A stretch of 61,568 nucleotides of DNA, filler included, from Sluysia triapertura (lineage: Eukaryota): the NCBI GenBank assembly GCA_046118255.1. It is 4 parts of 4 records of this genome, joined end to end, with 100 filler letters (N's around TTAATTAATTAA, not from the genome) between each part and the next. Parts side by side here need not be neighbours in the genome. Positions count along the whole stretch, not along the records: positions 1 to 15,345 come from JBJNIA010230678.1; positions 15,446 to 28,787 come from JBJNIA010045681.1; 2 more parts are not named here. The stretch is one strand, 5' to 3'. The stretch's first letter is position 1. Every line of letters begins with the position of its first letter. Under the pieces are notes generated by a model. The model was not told the origin of the DNA. It saw only the letters and a list, made by a program, of their open reading frames with translations, and searched no databases. The translations under genes and the position numbers were made by a program. Positions 10,739 to 25,715 of this stretch are shown here, piece by piece.

Positions 10739-13700
10739 TAAATTATATCGGTCGTGATCTTGGACACAATGAACAATTGATTCTGAAATCACGAATGAGG
10801 GATTTATTTACTAATATAAATACAAGACAGCGAATTGATGAAGACATAGAAAAATTATAGTACAACTTTACAGGAACAGAGTTAGGAATTTTCTATTTTG
10901 AAAATATTTTTCGAATAACAAGAACGACAAATATAGAGTTATAAAACTTGATATCTAAAAGAAGCAGTCACCTTTTACCAGGAAAGTAAAAGTTGAAAAT
11001 AATTTAATATACCATATTTATTAATATTTTCTTATTTCATCGATATGAAAACAGTTCAGTTTTTCTTTGTGCCTTAAAGCGAGGCTATATTAAGAATTGC
11101 TTCGTATAACGTATGTGGTTTTATTTTAAAAGAAAAAATTTATCTTTCATATCGGGAATAAAATATTTTGACAATTAAGTGTTGGGACGATTCGCGGAAG
11201 TTTGAATTAAATTATTTTTAGTAAGACTCATAAATTTACAGAAATACGAATTAACAAAGAAAAATGTTAATGAATAAATAAATAAATAAAATTTTCTTTT
11301 TAAAAATTCGTTATAGTCTTTATAGATATTGAATCAGATGCTGGATTTTTTGCCTTGTGGAAAATATTTTTTGATACAAATGAATCGTCATTATTATTAA
11401 TATTGTTTATATTTCCTGAGTATTTAATTTAACACCTTATATAACAACATCATTATTCATGTTTGGGAGATAAGATATTTTCATTTGCCTCGGGATAGAT
11501 AATTTCTGGAATTTTCAATTTAAAAATATAATTGATATTTTTTATTCGATTTCTCTAGACGTAGATGTATTCGAAAGAAGAAATATTAGCTTAATGGGGA
11601 TAATGAATGATGAATGAACGATACAATTAATATCACTACTTCTAGGACGATTTTGTGTACACCTAGAATGAGCTGAGGAAAATAATACCGCCAAATAAAT
11701 ATATTTAACGTTTTATGAATTATCATTTTCGATGACGAGAACAAAATAGATCTAGTAAAACTGCATTTTATTTATGTGCAAAATGATGAATATTTGTTAT
11801 TTCAATCCTTACTTTACTGTCCAGAATATGTTTTAATCAAATATTTTCTTCAATAAATATAACCCTTCAAAAGGTATGGCACTTCATGTTCCATCATACT
11901 TGAAAAATTGCGTTTAGAATAATAATAAAATAAAATAGAACTAATGTGTCTTAGTAATTTTCAAAGAAACATCTTAAAATATACTGAAATTAAGAAATGG
12001 ACAAAAGATAATCTTGATAATACATGTATTAAAATTATTTATATGATATTAAATACAGATAGAAATTGGCTATTTGGTAGAAAATACAAATTATACAAAG
12101 TGCCACAAAGAAAGTTTACTTTGTTTTTATTTTCTTATTGTATCTCCTAAAATCCTTGAAACCAAGAAAATTCATCGACACTACCATCAAATAGAGCATA
12201 ACAAATATCAATTTTCTCGTTTCGCTCGATCTGTATAGATAAATGAACTCAAAAAGCTCATGAAAGAAGAATGCCTCTAGAAATCCTCAAGCAAAACTTG
12301 GTTTCCTGTCTATAGGTCTATAGATGCTTGCAGAAATAACAGCAAAGTAAGGATACTATTATTATTTAAATATTATTTAGTTATTAAATGTGAAATTATA
12401 TTTTAGTATTTATATATTTATCAATTTTATTGTTTGAAAGTGTTTGTTTTATTATTTATGCATTTTTAAGTTTAAGTCAGACACCTTGGTGTTTAATTTT
12501 AGAGAACCGAGAGGTATCTTTTATGATTACTTTTATATTTTATTTTATATTTGCTATCCACACAATGTCTTGTAAGTAGTTGACAAAATGATGTGATGAT
12601 GATTATTATTGATTGTACAAAGTGCATTGATTATTGAATTTATATTGTTTTTGTATGATGTATGATGATTTATTTCTTCCATCATTTGAAATAATTTTTA
12701 AACGCTCGTGTTTTAATTTTTAATATTTGTCATAAATTTAATATTTTGTTTAAAATTTGGCGGCGATCTGAACGCAATTAAAATTTTTATAGGTATTATT
12801 TTTAGATGGTTTATGATAAGATTCTCAGTTGACGTTTCATTATTTTTGAGTCTAACACTGAATCTATAAGCCTTGAGCATATTGAGATCTGGAAACTACT
12901 ACTTCTAAGTGGGCCTAGATTTGAATTATCATCAAAAATGGATGTAATCATTGAATCTAATGTAAGAATTTCAAGTTTAGAAGAATTTGACAACAGATTC
13001 ATTGTTATCTAGACTTAATGATGATGAATTTTTTGTGTCTAAAGTAATTTAATTTATCTTTTAAACAGCTTTAAATTTAAAATGTCATTTAATATCAATT
13101 ATATTCTATTTTTCACAATTAATGCAATTTATCAGATATCACAACAAATATCAATTATCACGAATAAATGTTAAATCATAAATCAAATAAGAGTTAATTA
13201 GCAACTAACTTTATTGACTACTAATAACAAAAATTGCTCAATTAAGAAAATTAACCAATGTAACAGTGAAATTGTAATATTCTTCAATATTTAAAATAGA
13301 CCATGAATTTAAAACGAAGTAATAAAAATCCTATCTAACGCAAAATTTTTTGATCAATCTCATTAGATAAATAATATCCTTGATTCGCGATGCCAATAAT
13401 TTCGTGAATTTAGGAGTGAAGTGAGCTCGCTTATGTAGTAACTTTGAAAAAATTTAATCTTTAAGTTTTTTATGTAGTAAATGACTATTTACATGCCCGG
13501 AACCTACACTCGTTTGTCAAACTAATGCAGATAAATCTACCACATTTACAAGAATTCCAAATTAACTAACGGAGATAAATCAACAATTAAATTAACACGA
13601 AATCTCAGTATATTTATAATCATCGCAATAAGTAATAGCTGTTCTTTTAAAATAATACGCCTTAAATATAAAATCTCAGTATCTTTCAGTTATCACAGTA

Positions 13701-15164
13701 TCTTTAATAATTATATATTCAATACGCAAATTTAAAATTATAAATCAGTCTATAAAATACTAAATGTATAAAAAACACAATAAATGTTGACGGCCGCATT
13801 AACAATAATAACTTTAAAAACAAAACCACTCTAAATTTTAACCAATTACATAAGATAAATCCTCAATCACAAATGTGTTGAAGCAGTGTGCCTAATGGAG
13901 ATAAGTTTTTTATAGTCTTTTTGTCCAGCTTTATTGTTTTTCTAATTTTTATACAGAAACCTGACTATAAAGTAGTTGGGTAATAACTCAGGAGATTGGA
14001 AATTGGAAACGAAGGAAATAATTACGTATTAAACGATTAATTCTTTTCTGTCGGCCATAAATCGACTAATTTTAATAATTAAATTTCAATAGTAATTTCC
14101 GTCGGTTTCCAGTTTTATTGTCTCTTGCAATTACCCAAAGATAATGGGTTTATGATAAACAATACCGTTGTCTTTTCAAAATAATTAAATCAAAATTTAA
14201 CATCGTTACTACCTTAATATTATATTATTAACACAATTTGTCAACTTAAAATAAATATAAAATTAATGAATATTAAATTTATTTTTCATAGAAATCTTTA
14301 ACATAATACGTAACACCTTAACTGTGCGTCGCATGTCGATTTCAATCATTTAATATATACTTTAATTATACTTAAACATCACAGCATACATAAATTAGAT
14401 CATACAACTAATTAAAATAACTAATTTAACGTCATCCGCGTTGACGTGCTTTGTAACATTTTATCATTAAAAATACTAATAAATTTAGCATTAAACACTA
14501 ACTCTAATGTTATTTTACCAAAAGCAAACATTTTTCACTGAATTATCAAATTACACAATTTTAATTAAAGTAATCAACCAATGTATTTTAATATTTTAAC
14601 AAATAAAACCTTATAAAGGGTTTTGTTTCGTATCTTTCATTCTTTTATTTCGATTTAAATATTTTATACAATTTTTTTATTAATCCCAACGTAAAATAAT
14701 CTGTAAGCTAGTTGGATTATTAGTAAATATTTCAATAAAAAATCAATTTAATATTAGTTCAATAATTCACAATAATTTTGATCATGGGTGATGGTTAAAT
14801 ATCAATTTTTTTGATATAATTGTGTAGACAATTACAATGAGAACAATGTAGCGACACAAATCAGATCATGATGAAATGTATAAACGTTTGTGAATAATGG
14901 CCAATAAGTATTTCATATTTATAACTCCATGATATTCGCATAAATTTGTTGTACATACGAATTTAATTATTATTTTTGTATCCGCACAAATAACAAAACT
15001 GTAAGGTGAGAGTAAATATTTCTTCTATAATTCTTCTATTTCGTTTTTTTAATTATGAATTTAATTGGTGATGAAGTCTATAATAAATACATGATGCATG
15101 AAGATTGTTATATTTATTTTGTTCCAGAACACGAATAATCAGAAATAGACATTTAAAAGATACG

Positions 15165-15345
15165 TTTAGCGCAATAAGATGGTTTGAATCATATTTAAAA
15201 GAAAGAAGGCAATATATTTTTTTGAATAATGTGAAGTCAAATGAGGTATATGTAAAGCATGGAGTTCTTCAGGGATCAATACTTGGTCCATTATTGTTTA
15301 TAATATATATCAATGATGTTTCAAGTGTAATCGAATCATATGGAT
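15165..15345 (+). mobile_element. LINE (CR1/L2-type) reverse transcriptase fragment, truncated by gap
   Basis: WFESYLKERRQY...HGVLQGSILGPLLFIIYINDV is the RT motif B (GVPQGSxLGPLLF). Confidence 0.85.
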
Positions 15346-15445
15346 NNNNNNNNNNNNNNNNNNNNNNNNNNNNNNNNNNNNNNNNNNNNTTAATTAATTA
15401 ANNNNNNNNNNNNNNNNNNNNNNNNNNNNNNNNNNNNNNNNNNNN
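15346..15445. other. Assembly gap: N44-TTAATTAATTAA-N44
   Basis: Identical 100-bp structure at all three gaps. Confidence 0.97.
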
Positions 15446-15610
15446 CCAATAATTTCCTGATCCTTAAAGACATGCCACGAATCAGCTTGGAGCACAAGTC
15501 TTTGATCTCGTCATCGTGATGCTATACCTTTTTATCAGGATTTCAATAAGTTCCGCCACATATTTTCAAATGTGATTCATGTCTGGAAAGTTTCCAGGCC
15601 AAGATAGCAA
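15446..15610 (-). mobile_element. Tc1-like transposase C-terminal remnant
   Basis: Minus strand SWPGNFPDMNHI/ENMWRNL (compare WPGNSPDLNPIENLW), frameshifted. Confidence 0.55.
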
Positions 15611-18419
15611 ATATTAAGAAAAGCAAAGAAAAACATATTTTTCCTGTTTTAGTCTAATAATATGTCCGATGTCGAAGAGTGGGTGTGGTAATAAGTCGGC
15701 AGAGTAAGAGAAAATCAAGTTAGGTTTGCAAGGAGCATCAAATTGTAAAGAATGCGATTTCCAGAGAAGGAGATACAGAATGAATTGAAAAGTTCGACGG
15801 TCGCTATTATTCACTCTCTGTCAAACATAAGAATCACACATGTGGTAAATCGAAAATTAAATTCGAACTTAAAATCATATATTCGGTAACATGAGTTATT
15901 CGTGTTCCTGTCAATCTCCAGGTATATTGACATAAATTCGTTTAAACAATAATGTTTCAGAAACGTCGGAATTCATTTCAAGTACTAAATTCTATGTCAA
16001 TTTGAAAATGTCCTGGTTCTATTATCGCGAATACAAAATGATTGAATTCATATTTCTGTGTAGAGGATGCTACTTACTATTTCGACAATATTGGAAACAC
16101 AAAACTCATAAAAGCGCATTTTAAAAAAATGCGAATTTCTATCAAAGGGCACTGAAAATCATCGTACTTAGATAGTTTTGTCAGTAGTCTACTGGCACTT
16201 CTTCTACTAAGTTGCGTAAGTTACGTTTTTCGTTTGTACATGATTTCCACATTAATTTATTTTATGAATGCTTCGAATATCTTTGAAGGATCTCCAGTTT
16301 GTTATATAAATAACATCAGGAAGAATTTTAATTTGCATGTGTCGTAACTTGTTGGTAGTACAGATGTATAATGACCGCATTCCACTTCAGAACTAGATGA
16401 TTAGTACAGTTTAATGAAGGCTGCTCTATCTACGATAAATGATGAATGTTTCAGTTGCATCGGATAAACTGTTGAACAGCAACTGTGGATAGAATGCAAT
16501 ACACATATTGAATTGTTTGATAAGTGAGTCTTATTCAGCATAAGATTGCTCAGGTGGCTTTCTTTTCACTTGTGAGGGTTGATCATTCGTTCTTTTGATG
16601 CAACTCACTCATAACGTAGAGAAGGGGCTGCAATGGCACTAATTAAAGTGAACTGTCAGCTCATGACTACGAACTGGTGTGAAGTCCATTTTTACGAGAC
16701 TGATTGAATTACGTACATTGAACAACATTAGATTACTGTTCTTTTATTTCTGCTACAATATGTACAATGTCAAAATGCACTTGCGATATGGACATGTAAA
16801 TATGAATAGTGTTGAAGAATTTGTACAGAAATATGAGTTTGTGAATTAATAGTACTAAATAAAATAAAATAAAATAAAAAATGAATAAATCATTAAATGT
16901 TTCAGTAGCAAGAAAATAAACATGGATCTGAATGTGGATAGTGGATGAAATGGACTAATCAAAAACAATGGACATGAATCACTAGATGAGGAAAGTAACC
17001 ACAATGAGACTACAATGAGACTGGAAGACAGAGTGTAGCCAAAAACAAGAAGAACATCAATATTATTTGACACTCAATGTGAGAAGTTGCGATGATATTT
17101 AAATAAATACATCAAGTTCTACCCACTCATTCAGTCATAATGTCACATATCAGTAAACTAGATTTCAGATGACTACAAGCTTAATCTTTTTTCACAATTT
17201 ATTATTTGTCAATAAAGCTAACCCTTTCTGCACCCTTTCTGCTTTATAGATGATATGATCGAGTCTGATTGGTGGTGGTAGTGTAACAGAACAATCATTT
17301 ATAAAAATAATCCGTCCACTGAACACAACCGACCAATCACAGTTAATTATTCATTGAAATGTGAGTATTTATGTACGAATAATTAACATCTTATTACTAC
17401 TCGTGCATCTATCATCAATGATGCATTTTTATACATAAAATGAAATAACTTATAAACAGCACACATCACTTTTAATCAAAATTTCAAAATTTCACACGAT
17501 TTTAATAAATAGAAACACCTTCGGCCGTGTTAATGCGGGACCGCGAATATAAAGAATAACCATAATTATTGTGTGCACAAACAATGGGTCTGTGTGAAAG
17601 GTTGCTTGTTCGAACATTCGTTTTCTTATCGTATCACAGAGTGACATTGGAAAATGTCAGATTGTTTCTCTATTCGAAGAAATAATAATTTCTTATTTTT
17701 GGAAGGAAACAGAAAATCGAAGTCAATAATAAGCACCTGTTAAGTTAACAAATCGATACATATAATAGTAATAATAACAATAATAATAATATTACTAGTC
17801 AATATTTCTTGTTCAACAATTATTATGTACAACTTACACATGCGAACATATTCGATTATCGCCACCCCTCGTGTTATTCTTGTTCGATAAGCAAGTAAAG
17901 AAAGTTGATGAGTAATCAGTTGCAGCATTGTGACTCATACATTGTTGATGTAATTAAAATGGAAATATGTAATTTGATGATTATGGTGGTTGTGCTTGTA
18001 GTTGTGGCTGTGGTGATTGAGATGAGCAGATGTTAGCAGATGAGGATAATTTATTCAAATTTAATTCGTTCGAGAAGCAACTTAACTATTTCGTTTTATT
18101 GACAGAAATGCCAAATCTATTTTAGCGAGTCTGTATGTTATCAGGGAACCACATAGAAAATCTTTGGCAAGAATTGGTGTACTCCGAGATCAACATAAAC
18201 ATAATCCATAAAACATCCTTGACAAATTTGTGTAATGTAAAATTATCGAATATGATACGAAGTGGTATCTGAATTCGACCGTGAAATTGTAAACACGAGT
18301 GTCAGGAAAAGACCCTATATTTCTGTCTTTCTCTGTAGCAGACACAGAAAAGTCAGTTTTATGAACGTTTTGAAATTATGTTGTAAAATAAATCTTATTG
18401 GCTAATTTAAATTTTTTTA

Positions 18420-18546
18420 GAATAATGATAGTATAATTAACTATAATAAAATAAATTTTTTCGATGAGACTGATATCTCAGTGGTCAGAGCATCAAACTG
18501 TACAGATGAGGTAAGAGGGCCGAGATTCGAATCCCAGTCAGTCCAT
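18420..18546 (+). repeat. Old diverged copy of the tRNA-containing repeat
   Basis: gagactgatatctcagtggtcagagcatc...agattcgaatcccagtcagtcca, with degenerate A/B boxes and the same 3' end as the 32173-32243 copy. Confidence 0.55.
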
Positions 18547-19939
18547 GTAATGAAGTTTAACAATACATATGAAGTTTACGTTCCAGAGGATCCTTATCTT
18601 CACTTCGTGAATCAGGTCGACTTTTCTTCCTCGAGAACTTTGGATGAATTATATAGGTCTTGTTCATTATCTGCCTCACTGCAATACCCTTCTATTTCGT
18701 CAGTGAACCCTGGAAATAGTTTTAGATTCGAATCTGTTAAGGACATTCATTGAACAAGTAACACAGAGATTCGACATTATAATTCGTGGTTGAATATGAA
18801 TTTAGTGCATTGAATGTTGACTAGCAAGAAGTACTGCTGCAGAACTTATCTAAATAATCATCGATTTTTATGAATTATGTATCTAGTTGCTATCTAAATG
18901 GCTTACCTCAGAGCATGCATTTGAATTATTAATAATATGATATTTTGAACTTCGATAGACGTGTGGAATGTCCACATTCTTGGTTTCTTAAGACAATAGT
19001 CGCGCCAAAACAGATCAGGATCTAGATTTGTAAGTAGTTCAGATATTTGGACGGAAATAATTTGTAAACACTACGTAAAGCAATCAAAAACAAAGTAGTA
19101 CATTATCAACGCATGCATTTCACAAAGGAATTTGTCGTGGTTGCGCTATTTCCTAGAACAATTACAACATCAAGCCTTCACACAAACCTAAACCAAACAT
19201 GTAACAGCTCAATATATAAAATTTATAAACTCTAAAATGACCTCCGAAAACAATAATGAAATTTTCGTGTAAAACATTTATAATCTCCATAGACACTGCT
19301 TTCTTTTACTCACAATACAACAGCTCGGAAAGAACAAAATGCAATTATAATAAAAGCATATTTTTCTTCAAGTTTCTACACTCGTCTTCTTGTTTCTGCT
19401 ACTCGTGTATCAAATAATAACCCTTCCATTCATTCTTTGAATCATCAACAACTTCCTCACAAGTACATTCTTTGCAATTAGAAGAAGATGCGAAAATGAA
19501 GAAAGATGGAGTTAGTCTCACAGAACAATATGCTAATTTTGGTAATCAAGAGATATTTCTAAGATATCTCTAAGACGAACTGAAGAAGTCTGGACCAATC
19601 ATTGTTGTTATTGAAAAAAGACTGACCGCTGCTCCTGAAAATGAAATAGTCAGTATCACTGCTTCCTTGGATATCGGTTTAAACATAGCTACATTCGAGT
19701 TTAATTATACTTGTAAGTCACGGAACTCAGGAAAACTTTGCGTTTGCTTGTGAAATGAAAGAAAATCACAAAGAAACATTTATGGACATTTGTAAGTGCC
19801 CCATTTTTAATTAACAACTACAGCAGACTTATCAAATAATGAGACACACCTAATGTAAATCAATATTGTTTGCAAATATAAACAGTCAAGCAATGATAAT
19901 TACTCACAGAATATGGGTATGTCCTTTTCTAATAAATAC

Positions 19940-20400
19940 TTACTGCAAAAAGTTATCACAGTAATCTTGTTTTGAATGAAAACAAGGCACTGAGTTGCGA
20001 GAATTTACTCGTGCATGAATAAAGCCATCTCTGGCCTCAAAACCATAAACGGTTTTTGAGGCCTCTGTAACCAGTTTTAAGCAACATTCCACTCCTTGAG
20101 TGTGTTTCTTGTAATTCAAAGTGAGTGGTTCATTGTTGAATTTAGCAATATCAATACTTTTGCCTGATGAAGGCGTCACATGTGTCAGATAGCTACTACC
20201 TGGTTCTTCAATCAGAACAGTAGTGTAATCATACCACTTGCCATTTCTGTTTACTTTGACCAAAGTTGTGTATCGTCTGCCATCAAAGTAAATATTTGTG
20301 AAGCTTTTGGTGACTGTCGCATATCACACTGCAAATCCTTTATTAACTTCAACCTCTCACAATGTACTTTATTCTTTCAAGTTCTAGAGTCATGCAATAC
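19940..20400 (-). mobile_element. Internally deleted DDE transposase remnant, probably hATx/hATm-like
   Basis: IYFDGRR..TLV...LIEEPGSSYLTHVTPSSG is fused directly to HTQGVECCLKLVTEASKTVYG..ARDGFI. The superfamily assignment is from memory and tentative. Confidence 0.6.
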
Positions 20401-20980
20401 ATGACTTGTAAGAGTCATGTAAAAACCTTTGTGCTAAATGTAATAGAAATGTTTTCGGGAAATATATTTCAAAAACAGAATTTATATGTAAAAAATGTTT
20501 TCAATGAATTTTTTAATAATAAATCTTTATTATTATTTTAATAATAATAATTAACTATTTTCTTTGAAAGAAACTTCAATTTCTTTATACGAGTCAATAG
20601 GTATATAACCAAACTCCGTAAATCTAGTGTTAAGCTTCACATTTGATTTTTTAAATAAATTTTCCATAATAATTTTTTTCCGTATTCCTTGAAGATTATA
20701 TTGTAAATGGTATAGAAAAATTTTACGTGCTTTGCAGTGTTACATTTATGTTTTCTGAACTAGATAAAAATATCAATTTTAATTGTAATTACAAACAGAT
20801 TATAAAAATATAAAAAAAAACAAAAATGGTACTACATTTACTTCACGATATCAAAAAATTTGCGAACATTTATTTTACTTTAAAACTCCCAAAAACGTTT
20901 AAAATATCTAAAAAAAAACCATAAAAATTCATTCAAAACATATTTAAACAGTAAAATAGAAATAAGAAACTAACAACAAA

Positions 20981-23900
20981 TGTGATGGGAGAAGACTTTG
21001 AATCCGTCCCGATTAATTAGTATACAAAACATTTACAGATCAAACGCTTATTAATCAAGGAAGATCCGCTAAAAATGAATACTAACTAACAGGGCAAATA
21101 TAATAAGTAAAGTACATGATTAAAATTATTATATATAATAAACGTCCCAGATAATGGTAATAAGATCGTCGGATATGGCTTTGCCACCACAAGGCATTCA
21201 TCTTCCTCACTTAAGGCAACACAAACACACGTACCGAACATAACATCAAACAATTCTCAAAATAATAGGGCTCTCCACCGAACTACAAAATCTAACAATA
21301 CCGTTCCCCAGTACGTGTGAGCATCAGAAAATTATTTAGTCACGCCTAAAAGTCCTACGCGCAAGTATGTAAGAGCGGCGCACTTCCGAGACTTATAAGC
21401 AAGATAAATAACTTAACTAATCATAAACCTAATGCACAGGGATTAAACCAGAAAAGCGCTAACACGCCAAATACTCAATCTAAGAAAACAGTCGTTGGTA
21501 GTCCAAGAAACCTTCAATCAGACCTTATTTCGATATCAGCAGGAACCAAATACCACTCAATTCAAATCAAAACAACTCAGCAACACAAATTACCAAAAAT
21601 TGCAACCAAATGGCAAACGGCAATGCTACAAGCAGTCAATCGTCTAGCAACCCACAGAAATGATTCCGATGTCGATTGCAATGACGCAGTAACAATCAAA
21701 ATAAAATGCGTCACTTGTTCCCTGAATATAACCGAGAAAATCTGTCAAAGGGCCCAGTGAAACAATTATACAATTTGACAAATCATAAGAACGCTTGGTT
21801 TTCTCATCAAACCAAAGCCTTAAGGGAAAATCTGACCCTAGCCGATTATAGTATCTTCGAAGGGGCTGTAATCGCAATCTCGTATAAACTACCCGCCGGA
21901 GATTCTGATGTCGACGTTACCGATCCATTATCTGAAAATATGGCGCAAAAGAAAATCCCTTCTTATTGATACGGGTCCCCAACTACATGGTTTCTGTTGT
22001 CGAGTCGCATTTCAAAAGGCATCAAGTGCGGAGACAGACAACCAAATTCCATCAATTATTACCCCCTTTACCTCCGCATCTCCTAACTAAATTGAGTAAC
22101 AAAATACAGACGTGTTTACAATCGGCGAATGCATATGACGATTTAAAAGGTTATACTGCAACACTACCGCCCAGACACGTGAAAGGTGCCCCCGCCTGAG
22201 TTTCTAGCCAAAATCCAAGCTGAGTTACGCCCATTTCGATTGATAAGTACGAAAATAATGACGTCCTTAAGAGGCTATTCCTCGACGCCATGCTAGACAT
22301 TGTCAAGGCTGTTTCGGCTGTCAGTCGGACTACTGATATCGACGACCTGGCCTTGTTGGCGGACAATATCCTAATTCAATGGAGTACTGACCGCCCTGAC
22401 AAAATAGATCTAATGCAAGGCGCATCACACTTACTGGCCTCATCATCCATTGCCACGTCTAACAGTGCACTCGAAGCAATGTCTCAACGAATCGATGCAC
22501 TGACCAACCAAGTGGGAGAAATAACCAAGATGCTATCAGTAAGTCCTCTCGACAAACAAAAGCAAAAAATTTCAAACAAAACTCACCCTCTAATTCTAGG
22601 TCGTCTTCAACATCGCGCAAATCATCCAGTAACCTCAGGAAATTCAATGGTATCTGCTACTACCATAATAAGTTCCAACAGAAGGCCAAATGCTGCGTAC
22701 TAGGGTACAGATACGCAAATAAACTTAATACCCTGAGGATCAAAAATATATGCATCTATCATTCATACTTTAAAGATCTGGCCAAAAGATGCATGGATAT
22801 AATCAGTTTAATTCATTTAACACAGCCTCAAAAAACTGAGCATGCCAATAGTCGTCGCGGCCCGACCTAAAAGATTGGCGAAAAGCAGTATATTTTCAGT
22901 GTCGCTAACTTTCGTCAATTCTCGGTATACCAAGTTGGATTTCCTAATTGATACCGAGGCCGCTGTATTAGTTATTCCTAATAGTTTAATAAACAATACA
23001 GCGCAAATCCGATCATATCTAACAGCAGCCAATGGAACAACTATGGCTTGCTTTGGCTCTCTAAAGTTCAAATTCAAAATTCCAATGGAACTTTCTTATA
23101 GCTGCAGTTCAACAGCCAATCTTGGGTGCAGATTTTCTCAGTCACAACAAACTGCTCGTGGACTGCAGATCAAGAACCTTAAGTAAAAGCTCTGGACAAG
23201 TGTCCCACATAAAGATACAACTTCAACAACTCAATGAAACAAATATTATTTCCTATGTTATTACCCTTAATTACTTAATCAACAATTCAATTCAAGTCAT
23301 GTACCTAGCTCAGAGCATTTTATCAAAACTTTATCAAACCCTCCCTTCAGACAATGCAGAAGAGAATTATCTCAGAAAATTCGTGCACAAGCAGAGCTAG
23401 AATTCCTTGACATGGAAAAAAAGGAATTGTGTGGCAATCCTCATCACCTTGGCCACACCTCTACAAAACTCAAAGAAAAGAGATGGTAATATTCGAATAT
23501 GCGGCTACTATAGAATGTTGAATAAGGTAACTATACACGACGCATTTCCGATGCCTCTTATAACGGATATATTACATAGGTTTTCTGGATGCAGCGTCTT
23601 TTCGTCAATCGACCTTGCCAAGGCCTATCACCAAATACCGGTACACGATCCTGATATACCCAAATGGCGGTAACTACTCGTTTTAGTCTCTTTGAATATA
23701 TCAAAATGCCTTTCGGCTTAGGCAATGCTGCACAAACTTTTCAACGTCATATCGACCAAGTCCTTCAAGGATTACCATTCTCAACGGCCTAAATTGACGA
23801 TATCATAATATCATATTGACGATATTGACGATAAAATCATATCCAAGATACTAACGATATCAAATTCAATTGGATACCGTGCTTAAGAAATTGGCCGACA

Positions 23901-25715
23901 ATAGTTTAATTATTAAACCGACGAAATGTCAATTCTTCAAGCCGAGAATTACATTTCTAGGTCACAATATTTCCGCTGACGACATTCAACCTTTAGAAAG
24001 CCGTACATCATCAATAAGAGACTTTCCGCAACCACAAAAAGTTACACAAATATGGAGTTTCTTAGGGCTAGTCAATTATTGTCGAAGATTTATACCGAGG
24101 CTATCACATATAATAGCTCCAATAACAGCTTTTTCCTCGTGTAAAAATCAATTCAATGGGATTAAAATTCTTTGGTTTCTTTTCATCGCACCAAAGAAGC
24201 GATTATGAACATGAAACGTTTGTCATTCCCTCTGCCGCAAGTACCTTTTATCCTCACTACGGATGTCTCAAACATAGCAATAGGTGCTGTACTTACGCAG
24301 ATTCAAAAAGGAACTCCAAAACTATATAATTCTTTTCATGTAAATTGTCTGCCCCACACGATATTCCGCTTTCGGTCGCGAATTGTTGGCTATTTACTTA
24401 TCAGTAAAGCATTTCGAATATTTGCTGCTTCCATCTCAGTTCACATTACGATCGGACCACAAGCCGCTGTTACACATCTCCAACATTAAGAATCCAATAC
24501 TTCAGGCAATAACGGCACATCAGTTATCTTTTCCAATTCAATTTCAATATTGAATACATTCACGGAAGCCTTATCTGGCGTAGGAATCAACAGCATAGAT
24601 TTTCTACATATGTTTTCTGTTGAGAGTCTACGAGTCAAGATATCTCCAAATTCACTACCACGCCAGTATTGTGTGAAGGAATTTATTTTGACCATCAGCT
24701 ATCAGATATATCGCGCCCAGTTTTAGGCCAAAAGCTTAGATTTATAGCATTTTAATATATACATAACATCACTCACTCTGGAGCTAAGGACACATATGAA
24801 GTATTACGTTCCAAAGTGATTTGGCCTTCAATGCACGAAAATATCAAACTCTGTTGCAAAGCTTGTTTGATATGCCAGTCTGTGAAATTCTACAAACATA
24901 TTAAACCGGGATCACTTCATTTCCCAACTGGCCACTTATTCGAAACTATTCATATAGACACATCTTTTAATGATCCTAAACCGACATAGCCGCTGGCCAG
25001 AAGCGTTTCCCATTAGGAATATAACTTCGAAGACTATCTCCAGATTCCTAATTACACATTGGATTTCTCGCTTCGGAGTTCCTAAAAGGATTATCACAGA
25101 TCAAGGAGCTCCATTTGAGTCTGGCTTATTCAATAATTTAATAAAACAATTGGGCAGCACTAGACTCCGAACAACAGCATACCACCCACAGTCTAATGGT
25201 ATGATTGAGAGGTTTTACCGCACTCTCAAAAACTCCTTGCGTGCGTTGTCTATACATCATAACTATACATCATTACCTTTAATACTCTTAGGGTGGCGTA
25301 ATATTCCACATACTTCAATTGGATATTCGCCAGCTCAAATAGTTCTAGGAACAAACACAAGGTTACCTTTCGAACTATTTGAATCTTATAATCCCACAGA
25401 GAAAGTTTATTCACCTCTTCTCCGAGAATATTTCAACCAACTGGACAAATCTACCGTCATAACAATAATTCTTACATCCACATCCCTCAAAACATCCAAG
25501 AGAGTCAATTAATCGAAAACTCAACTTCTCTAGAGCCAAGGTAAACCGGAACCCATCGAGTTAAAAAATTTAACTTGGAAAATAACACTTCTATCGTCGA
25601 TATAAACGGACAAGATAAACAATTAACTATCCTACCAAAAAAATAAGTGTTTTTCGACTCCACATCTATATTATCACATGAAAAAGGGCCACGTAACCTC
25701 AAAACTAAGCGACTG
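20981..25715 (+). mobile_element. Decayed Ty3/Gypsy LTR retrotransposon (gag-PR-RT-RH-IN)
   Basis: gag VESHF...TKF...AYDDLK; protease FLIDTEAAV..LTAANGT; RT KKRDGNIRIC..YRMLNKVT..IDLAKAYHQIPV; RNase H LTTDVSNIAIGAVL; integrase SRWPEAFPI..FGVPKRIITDQG..TTAYHPQSNGMIERF. Many stops and frameshifts. Putative 5' LTR TG(20981)...CA(21490). Confidence 0.92.
22900..25512 (+). pseudogene. Gypsy pol pseudogene (protease, RT, RNase H, integrase)
   Basis: Domain pieces occur in Gypsy order across ORFs 22842, 23122, 23407, 23870, 24172 and 24970, in shifting frames. Confidence 0.9.

Noticed and set aside
12790-13045. Coding-like minus-strand stretch as a further SOGA exon
   Set aside because: Frames are interrupted and there is no similarity to SOGA; likely a decayed repeat.
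15390-15401. Palindromic TTAATTAATTAA centred in N runs (also 28832-28843 and 44681-44692)
   Set aside because: Identical scaffolding linker with stops in all frames; an assembly artefact. Contiguity across these gaps is unverified.
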